Shown here in pieces: positions 26,506-40,282 of a DNA stretch of 64,000 nt. The stretch's first letter is position 1. Every line of letters begins with the position of its first letter. The notes below the pieces were generated by a model. The model searched no databases. It was not told where the DNA came from and was given only the letters and a program-made list of their open reading frames with translations. The DNA lies in contig ADNK01002523.1 of the NCBI GenBank assembly GCA_000320545.1, positions 1 through 64,000 of the forward strand, given 5' to 3'. Source of the stretch: Bigelowiella natans CCMP2755 (taxonomy: Eukaryota; Protista; Cercozoa). The position numbers and the translations under genes are program-made.

Positions 26506-27743
26506 TTATGCCCATCCCATCCTTTCTTTGTAGTCAGCAAACAGTTGGTTTACCACCTGCGCGTATAGAGCGGGAAAACGAAAACACAAGAAAAGAATTG
26601 GATCAATAAGAATCGTTGATCTTAACCCCCCGCCCCTGCCTACTCATACACAGATGGGATAGTACTTTAAATTGCTCCGTGGCCTTGACGTGTTTGTCGA
26701 AGTCGCCCATATTCTTATCAGGATGTATCTTTAAGCATGCCTGGCAGAGAAGAAGAGCACATCGTTGTCATCATCACACACATATTCTATGATAATAGCC
26801 GACGAAAAAGCACAAGCAAGAACATGCCGTTTCCCTCGCCATTTTGATCCAAGAGAAGCCCCACCCCCCCCCCCTCTCTCCTCTCCCTCTCACCAACATT
26901 AGCTACTTCTTGATCGTTTTCTCTCACTACCACCACCTACTACTACTACTACTACTACTACTTCTGCTGGTACCTTACGAAAGGCCTTATTGACAGTTGC
27001 ATATGTACTTCGTCGGTGCACGAACAGTTTATCTCCTCGCGCATACCCGTTCACATGGTTCAGTATTTCCTAGAAAATAAATGCATCAGGAAGGAGAGAT
27101 GTATGTTTAAAAGGAAAGCACGCATCCATTGATTAGGAGCTGGATATTTGCTCGAAATGATCATAAATCTCACCGAGAGAGACTTCCTTCTCGCCCAGCG
27201 TTCAACTTGCTTTGCGATGAGAACACGCTTCTTTTCACGGCGCCTGGCCTCGCGCTCTGAGCGCGCCTTTGCTTCGAGTTTTTCTCTCTCTATACGAATT
27301 CTCTCTAATTCAGCTTTCTTCCTTTCCTCTGCCTTCTTCTCCTGAGAGAGAAGCAAAACAACGACACGACGATGATCACCTTTTTGCGAAATAATTTCCC
27401 AATAATTGCGAACAAGGAACATCAACAACTTTCACTATTTTTGTTATTATCATAATATGTGTGTTCATATTTTTATTACCTCCTCAACGAGTAGCTTCAC
27501 AATGTCCGATTTTTCCGTGCAATGGGGTGGGATGTTGGTGACCCCGAGTCTTGCGAGCTGCACCCTAATTTCTCTGATCGACATACCAGCATATCTGCCG
27601 CTTGAAAGCTCCGAAAAGCTAGGTGGCTTAAAGCTGTAGGCTGCTCTACACCGTGATTTATTCATGTTGCTTCGTTCGCAAAACACCTCAGGGCTTTCGG
27701 GGACTGACTTTGCCCTTTTGATTCGCGTTGTTCTCCTCTTGGC

Positions 27744-27777
<34 letters not shown>

Positions 27778-28496
27778 CCATTGAAACCAGAAGAAGCAGG
27801 AGAGCTGCTGTATTTATTCTGTTGATTTGTCTGCTGCTGCTGCTGCTGCTGCTGATGCTGATGCCGTGGGATAATGTTCTCCTTGTTTACCTCTTCTTCT
27901 TCTTCTTCTTTTGTTGCAGCTGGTTTTGGAGCATGTGACCGTGATCTTCGTTTTGCTCCTTCCCCATTAATACTCTTCTTCTTCTTCTGAGTTGCATGTG
28001 ATGATGTCTCTGAATTCTTTCGAGCTCTTGGACCAAACGCTGCATTTTTGGATTTCGAGCGATTTTGTTGGCCTGTAGTAAATGAAGAAGCAGCAGCACT
28101 CGCTGTTGCACCATCCCCAGACGTCATCGTAGCATCGTTACCAGCGTCACCGCCATTGCTATTTTTCTTCGACGTGTTGTTATTGTAGCTTTTGACTTTT
28201 GCACGGAACATACGAGCAAAGGGACGGGAGACTGGTGGCGCTGCTGGTGCTTCAGGCGGCGCAGCAGCCTCTTTTTGACCAAATACGCCGAAGGAGGAAT
28301 GCTCCTTTGCGTAACTCTTAGCTCTACGCAGGGGAGATGGTTTTGCTTGGGTCTTCTCCTTCTTTTTGTCGTTATTGCTTCTTTGATGATGGTTGGAGTG
28401 ACGACGAGCGAAGATGATTTCGCCATCATCACCAGCTTCTGCAACATCCTCAACTGTTACCTTCGGCTCCTCGAGTTTCTTTTCTTTCATCACTCG

Positions 28497-28531
<35 letters not shown>

Positions 28532-30002
28532 TTGTTGTGGCAGCTATTGTTGGTGACTTTTTCCGGATTCCATCTTCTTCCTTTGCCCTTCTCCGTTTGT
28601 TGTCTTCTTTCGTTGTATTTGAAGCTCCAGAGGCAGCACTAGCATTGCTTGTTGTTTTTTCGTTTCTGCTCTCTTTTCCCCCCTCCGTCGCAAGATGAGT
28701 CTTTTGTTGTTTATGAAGTCCGTTGTTGTTCGATTTATGCTTCTTGCTGATAGTCTTTTTCTTATCTACCGTCTTTGAGCTATTTTTGTTGTTACTATTA
28801 TTGTTAGTATTATTAATATTCTGCTGCCATTTCTTCTTTAAGTCGAGCTCTTGCTTAAGTTTGAGCCAGTGCTCTTTCGCCTGTTTCCGGTCTTTTGGTG
28901 CAACAAACTCACTGCGTCGTACTGCTGCTGGGAGGAGTGTTCTTTTCTGATCCCTTCGCATTAAATCTCTACGAGCCTTCTCCTCCATGAAAAACCTTTG
29001 CATGGTGTTGGGTGGAGAGGGACAGAGAGAGGGGAGGGCGGGGGGTAAATGAAGAAAATTAAGTTGTTGTGCTCGATTTGCTATTTATGTGCGGCAGTAG
29101 CAACCTCCTCTAATTGCTTTAAGACTTGGAAGATGATTTATCAATAGTCACCATCCTACTCCTCCTGGCCATACCCAATGCTCTTTTACGATTCTCGAGA
29201 AAGAATCTGTCGCTCCTCTACTACTACTACTTTGGTGAATATCAAGATACCTTTCCACATTGGAGAGAGGCTGTTGTTTATTGCTTGTCGTGCTGTCGCG
29301 AGTTGCTGCACCGATCCCACTACCAAACGCATAACTTGCTCTTGTATTACATTTACTCTGCTGTGATTTCAAGAATGATTGCTGCTTCTTTCTCTCCTCC
29401 GAGCCACTAGTATCTGTGCTTGTTGGGGGGGCGGACACTTTGACTCTGCCGTCATCACACTGAGGAGGTTCCTTCTCGCCGCTGGACGAAGATGATGCCT
29501 GTTGAAATGAGAAGTAGATGATCAAAAAATATAAAGAAGTACAACAAAAACAAAAACAACAATAACGAATTCGGCCAAATATACGTGAGCCTATTTATCA
29601 CCATTTATTGGAAACAATATTGCTACTGACTCCCAAGAAGCAGAATAGCTTACTACCTCCGTCGATTTTACGCCTCTTTTCATCGATTTCCTCTGTTTCT
29701 GCTGCTGCTGCTGGCTTTGAGCAGTAGCAGCAGCAGTAGCAGCAACACTTGCAGCTGCAGCCTTGTATTGCTTGCTGCTAAATAGAGTTGAAGTCACAGC
29801 AGTAGAACATCGTTATTGGCATTAAGGATACAGAATCTCGGTGAGTCATCAAAAAGTCGTATATATGCTCAAATCGAGAATACCAACTCGGGAACATCGA
29901 TGGTTATTATAGCTCTGCTACAGAGAAAAAACCATCGGCTCACTCTCCAGAGTTTTTAAAGTATGTGCGATTGAAATGGTATGTCTATGTGTATGTGTGC
30001 TC

Positions 30003-30033
<31 letters not shown>

Positions 30034-31480
30034 CGATACAAAATGAAAGAACAACAACGAATATTTTCTGACTCTCCACTGTTACTACTACTACTACTAC
30101 TACTAATACTACTACCACTGTTACTACTACTACTACTACTACTACTACTACCTCGAAACTAAAAACAACATACAATTTAGTCCTATTATTACACCACTAA
30201 CCTTCTTCTTCGAATTGGTCGTGATGGGAGATTCTCTGGCATCTCTGTAGGAGGTCGTGGCCTAAAAAGGAATGTACTACCCCTGCTGCTAGTCTTGGTA
30301 CCTTCTCTCTCTTCTTTCTTTATTTCGCGGTTCAGACTCTCGAGCAATTCCCTCTCCATCAAAACGAATTCCTTCATCCTGGTTGCAATATTCCAAAATA
30401 CGTAACAAAGTTGCAGGTTGGTTATATAAGCACATCGCCATGCTCCAGCTCAAACGATTTCAAAAGATAAAATCTAAAATGGCAAACTGCAAACAGTCAA
30501 GCAACCTCTCAACAATTTCACACTGTTCGTTGTCACGAAACGTATGACCACCTGTTGTTCTGCTTCTTCGCAAGGTCAAGAGTCTTAGAATGGATCTTCT
30601 CACAAAGACCAAGGGCAACTTGGGACTCAGCGCTACATATGGAAACACAATAAATCAATTTGCGTGTGTGTCTGTCTGTGTGTGTGTTTAGGCATTCAAC
30701 ATGAGTTAGGTTTCAATCAATTGATCGATAATAATGGTACCTCTTCGCCCCGGTTGACATTTCCTTTTTCAGAAATCCCATAATTTCTTTATCTTGGCAG
30801 CAGAATAGATCCCTTTGCTCGTCAAGCTCATGCTGTAAAACACAGACAGACGTACCGGATATGTGATACAACTTCTTTGGAATTGAAGGTTTGTGTGGAT
30901 TCAATACCTTCATCTTATCGAGTTGATCCATTGCTTCCTGAAGTATCCTTACAGTCCTTTTTTTAAAAACGATCTTCAATGCAAAGGTTCATTCACACAA
31001 ATGTTAGCGAAATAGCATCCGACCTCTTCGGGGCAGGCCGAGATTGAATCCCCCCAACACGATAATTATAGGTAAAATCAGCACTAGGGGAACGTAATAG
31101 CTTGCTTTTCGTATTGTTGGAATTGTTTTCCTTGTCCGGTCCATCAAATAGTCTGGTAGAGAACCTCCTTCTTCCCCTAGAAGAAGGTTTCCGGGGGGTC
31201 TCGTCAAATGAGGAGGAGCGGTTGATGGACGACGACTTCTTGGAAAACCGTCGAGTTGCACGTTGAAGTGGTTCTCCCTGATTGTGTACTGGGTTGAATC
31301 CGTCCATTCGCGTCATTACGATCTTTGCTCGTCGCCCTCGTATCTGGAAGAACGTACTTCTTAATCCACGATCTGTTATGGGTGGGTGAGGAGTGTTGGT
31401 TTGACGGAATATGAGTCAAGCAGGACCGAATGCTTGCCGGTTTTACCAATCGACATCCCAGAACACAAGTCTCTCCATGC
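26506..31480 (-). CDS. Large low-complexity protein with a C-terminal auxilin-like J-domain (5' part uncertain, may be two genes)
   Basis: A 512-aa open exon (27465-29003) is followed by a coiled coil and then QVERWARRKSL..VNKAFRK|ACLKIHPDKNMGDFDKHVKATEQFK|VVNQLFADYKERMGWA*. The HPDK motif lies at the C-terminus, as in auxilin-type J-proteins. Confidence 0.7.
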
Positions 31481-31850
31481 AATTCCTCGGGGTCTTTGCG
31501 TTTTTTGGTAAAATTATGAGTAATCAAAATATTAGTCATAGACTTTCTACTATCCGGTGTTCTATCCTTGGAAAAAGCGAATAGAGTCTTGACGTTGGTG
31601 TAAATCCCCATGAATATATTGGTAATTCTCAAAATATGTATTTATTCGAGATCTGAATTAAAAAACCATCTGTCCGTTGACTTTTCTGAGATCGTATTTG
31701 TTTTTCGGAGTGCTCATGGGAAACAAGTTGCGACAACTAAAAGTTCTTGTCGGACCAATGCGAAAAAGGGGGAAAATAGGATAGTTTCTATAATTTGTTT
31801 GACTGGATATTTCCAGGTTAAAATTTGATCTAAAAGAGAACATTCTACAG

Positions 31851-31889
<39 letters not shown>

Positions 31890-31983
31890 TAATACAACAC
31901 GAGTACGAGTACGCCATCGCTGGCCTACTCGTACCTTCCTTCGAGGCCATTGAGTGATGCAGCGTCGAATACCTTCACACCAT

Positions 31984-33844
31984 ATGCTTGCTCGCTGGAA
32001 AATCTTCGTTCTTACCCTTGTCATCCTCTGCATCAACCTGGCGACTCTATTCACCAAAAATCAGCGAAGTACTCAAAACGAAAGGCCTCTCGAGGTTGGG
32101 CTGATGAGGTACGAGTATTACATATCGACGACGGAGAGTTGATTGCAGTGTAATTATCATTCTGGTCGAAATCTACCATCTCTTTGGGGTTGAGTATGTT
32201 CATGTCAATACCATAAACAATTCAGGAATTCTTTGAGCAGAAATAGGATAACCATTAGTTACAGGGGGGCAAGTAGTGAGCTTCCAGTTGCTCCCCATCT
32301 GAAGGGAAAGAAGCTCTGTCGAACATATAGTAAAATAGACTTGGATGACTTATGGAAGGTATGTCTGTGTCCACGGGTACCTATTCGAAAACGCACCAAT
32401 TTTCTGAAAACGGTTGCTTTTGTTGCATGCTTTTCAGCGAGCACCTCCTGAATGGAAGCAACTGCCAGCTCATGTCAGAGCTGAGCTAGAAAACAATTTA
32501 CGAGGTCAAATAGTTTGAAATATCAAATTAAACCTCGGATTTAGCATCATTAACCTATTTGCTCAGATCCTCAAGGATACAGAGATAGGATTGATATGGT
32601 GAATCGTGTTATTCGAAGGCGGTTCATTAAGAATGCGACTGCTCTTCGTAAAGGTTGAAGGCACGAAAGTTTCATGAATATTGAAATCTAAATGATGGTA
32701 TCTTTGGTTAGGAAATCTTCTTATGTGCCGCATTCGAATGGACAAGAAAAAGGTGGCGATTCTCTCATTTGAAGTATGATTCAAAGCATGGGGTATCTTA
32801 CCTTATTGTCCTGTTTCAAAAGCGCAATGTAGACGACATAGGCCCGTTTGGAAGGGCCGCTATTGTTGATGGAATCGAGACTACTCATCCACAAGTAACA
32901 TCCAAATAATCCAATATACCATTGAGCTAAAGCATAGTTAAAATTCGAAATGTTCCTTGTTAGTATTTCACAGAAGCTATGATTCTCCTCGTGCAACACA
33001 ACGAGCAGGGCTCTATTGGTCTCATTCTAAATAGGGTACTTTACTTTCGATCTTGTAATTCTACTTATCAATCAACATGCTTTTGATTTAGTTCTCACAA
33101 TTTAAATTGGGAGAAGTGACGAAGGGGGAGACGTTGTCTCAATTCTCTCAGTCAAGACTGTTCCTCGGGGGGGACACGGCGAATGGCGCATTGACAGTGC
33201 TTCATGATATCGAAAATGTATGATGAACGAATACACACACACACACACACGCGCGCGCGCACAAAACTATAATATTATTTACAAAGACAAATCACAGATT
33301 CCGGGAGCTGTAGAAATTAGACCCGGCATAAATCTTGGGTACGACGAACAGCAATAAATTTAATTTATACTGTTACCGAAATTCTGAAAATGTGTGTACA
33401 CAGCGGTGATGCTGAAGGGATTCAGCAGGCAGTTCTGCAGCAGCGTGCAAATGTGTCGGATTTCAAGTGGATAATGAACCAATGTGGATGGCCTTCAGGA
33501 CAAGTAATACTAACAAATCGAAATGGAGGCGTCATCTTTAGTCTCAATTCATGTGTTCTTTTCCAAAGCTTGAGAAGGAAATTGAGGAAGGCGTTTGGTA
33601 CAATCTGGATGCGTCAAATGACGTGATAATGTGCCGAGGAAATTTTTCAGATGTGAAGCCTATCGCCACTGGTCCTTTCGATCATCACGAAAAGCTTTGG
33701 AATAAGGTATAAATTAATGTTTGCTCTTGTTTATTCCACGTATGACATGTTTCATTATAGATTGAAGTGGAGCTCTTAGTCGAGCTTCAGCGACGAAAGC
33801 AGCAAAACTCTTCATCCAGTCCCAATTCTACGTCTCCATTTTAA
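31984..33844 (+). CDS. DUF179 (YqgE/AlgH-like) domain protein with an N-terminal hydrophobic signal/anchor
   Basis: MLARWKIFVLTLVILCINLATLF N-terminus, then SRLFLGG|..IPGAVEIRPGINLGG|DAEGIQQAVLQQRANVSDFKWIMNQCGWPSGQ|LEKEIEEGVW...LWNK, matching the DUF179 GW..GQL..EI..G.W motif. Confidence 0.75.
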
Positions 33845-34603
33845 ATGCTTATTATGCAAAGATAGCAACTGAATAGTCAGAACGTTGGCACGCTTCAGAA
33901 CGTTATATCATCAATGAACCTAGATTATTGAATTTGAAATAAAATCGGACATCGAACCTAACAAGCTAAGAATGTATCTCTACATCTCAGATCTAGACTT
34001 CCCCCTAATATTTCATGATGGTTCAAAAAACAAGTCATCCATGGTGACCTGACCTAGCATCGCAACATCTGATGTACCTAGATGCGCGTACATTGGTATA
34101 CAATGGCATGCTAGCATGCTAGCATGGTTAATAATGACAGTACGCTTTGCGCAAGAAGCGATGCACTAAGTAGCTCAGCCTTGACAAACAAGACAAACTG
34201 CTACTGTCATTGCAGTATTTTTTTGCCGTATGTAGCCCCTCTAGTACCTCGCTACACATTCATTTGACTACATGTGGCATCGAATTTACAACTTCATTTC
34301 AATCTCCATGCCCGTACGGTACTAGGATACCCCTGTCTAACTGTACATCGCGAGTACGTGTACGGTCTCTAGTCATCATTCGATCGATGTTTCATTTCAC
34401 AATGTTCTAGTATTGTAGAACACCACGTGTGCATCGGTGAACGTCAGATGCAACAAATCACGCCAAACGTTATGAAAATGGTGATCATTACGGGCAGGGT
34501 AAATGACATGAGTACATGCTCGAGCGCCGCAATAAACACACTATGCCACATAAATTCACAGAGTTGAGAAGAACATTGAAAGTTTTTCATTAGACCGTTA
34601 CTT

Positions 34604-36719
34604 TCATACTGGAAGATTCATTCGTTGAGTACAAGGTAGAGTGCTTTCTACCATAACAGGAACAGACATTTCTATCGATGTTGCGACGACCAAACTTGCC
34701 ATGGCCTCGACTAACATCTTTTGCTGATAATCTACACAAATTAAGAAAACAATTTTTTTTTTTTCATATTTCAGACGGTAACTCACTCACTAATACCTTG
34801 CATTCGAAAACAACAAAACTTTGTCGATTTTTTTTCCAAAACCTAAAATTTTAGTCCTATGTGATAAGATAGTCGAATTGAGTGGTAATTGCGATACCAC
34901 CATGAGATCATTATGTTCCGCAATTCCTCCAAAGAATGAGGGTATTTTTCCGTCTGGAATTAGTTTCTAATGCAGAGTTGCGTCAATAATTCAGCAGATA
35001 TATTTTACCAACATTGTTAGTATTAAGAATAAGAACACCAGGAGCGCCTGTTTTGGGTCTTCAGAAAGTAATTTAATTTTGTTTTGAACATTCCGTGGTA
35101 GCAATGGCTTCACCATTGAATATCTATTAATTCAATTGTTCAGCTATTGATAAAAAATTGAAAAATGATAAAATCAATACAGGTTTCTCAATATCATTGA
35201 TGTTGGTCCAACTAGGATCAGCTGATGGAGGCATACAAGTTAGATTCCGAAGGAAAAATAATATTATGCTTACCGCAATTCGATCAGGATACAGTTCCAA
35301 AAACACCTAATAACATATCATATTCTTGCACAATATTCTAATGTAGATTATAGTTTTACTTTCATAAGCACCCTCATGAAACTGAATTGCATCAACTGAC
35401 GCATGGACATATCCTGAGCATCTACAAGAAGTAAAAACAACCATATCGAAGTATTCATGCAATTCTTCTATTGTTTGAATTGAATTTACCTGCAACTAAT
35501 ACAAATTGTGAGACTCCTGGTGGCAAGATACGAAGTCCCTGTGTAGTTAGATATGTATTTCTGTGCACTAATTTGACTGTCCTATATTCCACGTTTCAGA
35601 TTGAAAGGTATTTAGGTGTCACAAATGGTGCGAAACGAAAAAGAGAAGGTTCAAAGGTACCCATTCTAGCATCCATATATGTGCTCTGGTCTCTGCATCA
35701 AGATCTATTTTCCACCACTGCAAGGACGAGTATCTTGAGCGTTGATTAGATTTCTCAATCACTTAGAATTATTACATTTTTCCTGCTATTCCGGACCCAC
35801 AAGATAGGACGGCCATATATGTCAAAATCACGCCTTACAGGAATTAGATTCATCACCCAAGTAGGAAAATAGTGCGGTAAAGCTACCAATATAAGGCTCC
35901 ACTCCGATAAATATCATGAACATCCTTGGGAATCTTTTTGTTTCCAGAATCTAGATGTTTATTGGAAAACGTTCTCGGCAATGTCATTCACTGCGATTTA
36001 AGACTGACCTGCATGGCTCGGAAACACTTCTTCTACCTTGTATTTCTCCCGAACTTTACAAACCTTAAGAAACCCAAATAATATTCTATGGCTAGTTTTA
36101 AGGCACTTCCTTGATCCTGCTATGGTTTTTCATATAAAATTTCGATCTTCCACTGGAAATCATTGAGGATGTCAAAGCAAATCGAACGTGTTCGATGCGT
36201 GATACTATAAACAAAAGTTTGGACAATGTAGCTTAAAAATGAAATTACCTCGCACAGTTTCTTTAGAGTATATTCAAAGCTACGCATGACCTTCTCATCG
36301 TCTTTGCTAACACACCGTCCATACTTATATTGACATTCAAATTTGTGCATTTCATACGCTTATGTCAACCATGCTCTTGTCATGACTATTCGAAGATATT
36401 CTGATGTCCAGGTTGTGTCTAGCAATTTCTTTGATCCTGGATAGAGTTTCAGAAGTTACGAAAGAAATTGTGAGTAGTTTTAGTCAGTCCGTTCACTGGA
36501 GTACGTGGGAATGTTTGCGGTAATGCGGTAATCCCACCTCCTCCCTCAGTCGATTGATTTCTTTCTTCTCTGGGTAGCCTTTTGTGTACCCGAATGGAGG
36601 CGACAGCGAGATCTCCTTGTTCCTGTCCACCCCATCATAAATTACTTTTTGCATTTTGTGGTTCACCAGCGCATCAAAGTTCCGACGCCAGCTGCCATCC
36701 ATGTTGAAATGGATGGCAT
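34604..36719 (-). CDS. CRAL-TRIO (Sec14-like) lipid-binding domain protein, many short exons; start uncertain
   Basis: Spliced translation YTLKKLCE|VCKVREKY..IYRSGALYW|RDFDIYGRPILWVRNSRKN|..AHIWMLEW|GLRILPPGVSQFVLVADAQDMSM..LYPDRIA|LILVGPTSMILRNLYSMVKPLLPRNVQNKIKLL..KIPSFFGG. Confidence 0.85.
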
Positions 36720-36940
36720 TATTTATGTGCGACAATTGCTCTATAAATACATTTTGCCGAGGTACCGATGTATGGTTAACAGCGCTTACAAAATGTTTTA
36801 TACTTTCCTTTTCTCACTGCGACATCGGCTAACCAGTGTGTTTTATTTATTTGCAAAAAAAATAAAATCTCGCATTTCCTACAGATTCTTTTCACCAACA
36901 AACCAGCTCCCCTAGCAATTTCAATCGCTTTGTTGTCATC

Positions 36941-39666
36941 ATGGTACGAACTGAAAACCTCTTTTCATTTGTTGGTATGTCATACATGAACGAAATGATT
37001 TGATAAATGTTGTATCATCATTGTCTTCACGAAAAAAGTAATATGTGGTTGGTGCTTCCGATGATTGCCATTTGCATTTGTTAATTAATCAATGAATTCA
37101 TAACAACCCTCCATCCATTTTGTGCACCTTTGAAGATCGACTCAATCTTCATGGTAAGTTCAACAAATATTGATGCAATAGCCTACAAATACACGTTTCA
37201 TTAATAACAAGGAAATGTTGATGAAATTATTGAAACATAGGCTAACGAACGTGGGGATAGAATCGTTGAACGCTATTATCGAGGAGTGAGCAATAAACAG
37301 AGCATTCGGGCGTTTAGGTCACTGTTTGGCAGTAAATGTAATGAAATGGTCACATTTGATAGATGAACTTGAAATATGAAGGCATCAATTTATTGCAACC
37401 AAGAAGCTGACGAAGCCAGTTATTCGAATAGATGATACAACATTCTTCCACATTAAAGTGGTATGTAAAAACTTTTTAATTCTCTGCTTTTATCTAATAG
37501 CATGTGTATTTCAGGATGATGTCCATCTAGGAGCTAGCTCCAAAGAAAATTGTAATCCTGCACTCGTCTTCGAATTTCTCTATGCTATAGCAGGCTTGTT
37601 CAGGGAATACTTTACTAAGATTAACCCTTCAAACGTTCGCGACAATTTTGTTCTTGTGTACGAACTGTTAGATGAGTGCATGGACAACGGTAATGGCACT
37701 TCCACATGCAATTGCTAATTGAAATATGCTAGAATGTGGCACCTAGGTTATCCTCAAATTACAGCTGTGGAGATCCTGAAGAGTTTTATAAGACTTGCTG
37801 GCGAGTCACGGTCCATTCTATAATCTTTGGATCAAGGATTCATTTCAATCATTTTAAAATTTCGCTAACATCAGAGCACTCACCAGACAAGAGGCAAAAA
37901 TTAAGAAGGCTTTGACAAAAACAATTACTGGTGTTAATGAATGGCGCCCGAACAAAGATCTCGTTTATGAGAAAAACGAGGTCCATGAAAATCTAAGCTT
38001 CATACTCGCTTTGCGTTTGACATCTTAAGCATAATTAAAAAGTTGACTCCTACATTTCAGGTATTCATTGACGCATTGGAGAGTGTGAATGTTTTACAAT
38101 CAACTAAAGGTAATAATAGTGGTACGTGATGGCAGAAACATATTTCAGAATAAAAATTAATTCTACTAAAAAAATACAGGAAACATTTTGAGGGCGGATG
38201 TTACAGGACAGGTATATATAAAAATAACACTGAACAAAATGTGACATAGTATTGTCAGGTAATCATGAAAACAAAGCTTTCTGGAACACCGACATGCAAA
38301 TTTGGAATGAACGACAAGGTTCTCTACAGTAGTTAGTATTAATCCCTATGTGGTCAGTTAGGAATAGCAATCCAATATCCAATTGTAATGTTGAATATCT
38401 CTAGGTCCGTCTTAGAAAAGAGGCATCGGAAGGGAAGCTGCGTCGAGCGGTGTTGATACTGCATTTGTCTACCTAATAATAATCTAATTGGGACATGGAT
38501 GTAGGTAAAAGTGGTATCCCTGGACGATGTTACATTGTAAGTAAGCTGTGACTGTGTGAAAATATCCAGTGTTAATATGATCTGTTAGATACTAAACAAG
38601 AAGCACTTTTTATTTTTTTAGTCATCGATGTGTTCGACTTTCCAAATTCGATCAAGATCGTACAATTACTTTTGTGCCTCCAGGTAGAAGTTGTTAACAT
38701 GTGTAAGATTTGCAGTTAATTCCCTCATAAAGTTGGTGTAACACATCTACCAGATGGAGAATTCGAACTCATGAAATATAGAGTCACCAGCGAGGTAATG
38801 CTGTGCCGCTTTTTTTTTACTGAAAATAATAGTTTCCTTTTGTAGGTCCTCCTTCCATTCCGTGTAATCGCGATTGTGAATGAGAAAGGCCGTAATCGTG
38901 TTGAATACGACGTAAAGATTAAACCAAAATTCAAGGAACAGGTACCAAACACATGTATTCTACTGAATTTATTTTGATAGAAATCAATTGGGTTATCGGT
39001 ACATAGCTCGTGGCAAATGATGTAGTGGTTAAGATTCCAGTACCACCGAACGCCACTGCAAAACAAAAGCATATTAAGGTTAAGATGAGTAGCATATCTA
39101 TCATTAACTCTTGGCAGCCTAAACACAAAACTCTACGTGATTTGTAGGTGAGATCGGGCAAAGCAAAGTATTATCCAACTCACAATGCAATTGTGTGGAA
39201 GTTCCGGCGGTTTCTGGGGTCAGCAAAAAATGGGTATAATGCTGTCCACTACGCAGACCTCCTGTTTACAGTACTTCATATGAGGTTTCTAAATAGATAT
39301 CGTCTTCAAGCTGAAGTCCATCGACTTCATAGTGTAAAAGAAACTCCATGGGTTCGCCCGCCAATCACTCTCCAATTCACTGTAAGTCCACGAGCGGCGA
39401 TCATATCTTTTCCCTGATGGCAACTGTCCCCCTAGGTTCCTATGTTTACCTCTTCTGGATTTCATGTCCGATTCCTTAAAGTTATCGAAAACACTGGGTA
39501 AGATTTTTCCCTAAATGAAGAATTGCAGATTACGTACGATCACATGGAAATCTCAAAACTACTAACTGAGGATACATGATTTATGAAAAATTACATTGAC
39601 AGGTACTCAACTGTAAAATGGGTCCGTTACATTACAAGAGCTGGGCAGTATCAAATTAGAATCTAG
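36941..39666 (+). CDS. AP2M1: AP-2 adaptor complex subunit mu, about 18 short exons
   Basis: M|IDSIFM|ANERGDRIVERYYR..., NPALVFEFL, VRDNFVLVYELLDECMDNG|YPQ, YEKNE|VFID, LSGTPTCKFGMNDK, LDDVTF|HRCVRLSKFDQDRTITFVPP|DGEFELMKYR and PWVRPPITLQFT|VPMFTSSGFHVRFLKV..YSTVKWVRYITRAGQYQIRI*. The C-terminus is mu2-type. Confidence 0.93.
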
Positions 39667-40282
39667 ACACTCTAGATCATTTCAGTTACATTATCCAATC
39701 AATTTGCACAATGTCAAAGTGCCACAGGTACTAGGGAGATAAGCATGTGTCACAGCATCGATGCATTTGCACAGGTGTTTTGAATGCAGAAGGCAGTGAT
39801 AGAAGCAATTTATATCATACGAATGTTTGGTTCTTGCTTTTTGCTTGCTATAATCGTTAATTTCGCCATTAAGTACATCTAAACATGTGTATGTATGCCG
39901 TGCATTCTCGTGCACAAACAAATTGATATCATGCACACCTGCACGCACGTTGCGTTTGTCCAGCGTGTTGGGCCTCTGATCTAACAGTGCATGTGGCCGC
40001 AATGTACAGCGCTGAGTGTAGCTAGGTAGCACACATCAACACAACCACACATCATTCATTTACAAGCCACAATCTTCATGTGGAGCACTAGGGCGATGCA
40101 TCTGTTGCTCGACAATTATGTAGCGGGATGCTAATAGGGTCCTCTAGTCCTAGCTAGCTAGACGTGTGTACGCAGGCAAAGACTACTAGACTAGAAAGAT
40201 CAGCATCTCTACAGCATTTTGTTCTATGTGCATCATCTGAAGCGTTAACATTCGTCTAGTCATTGCATTTTATGTGCTTCGG

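Noticed and set aside
36900-36943. Overlapping start codons of CRAL-TRIO(-) and AP2M1(+) at catcatg
   Set aside because: No convincing splice path links the minus-strand ATG to the CRAL-TRIO exons, and a start near 36700-36719 is simpler.
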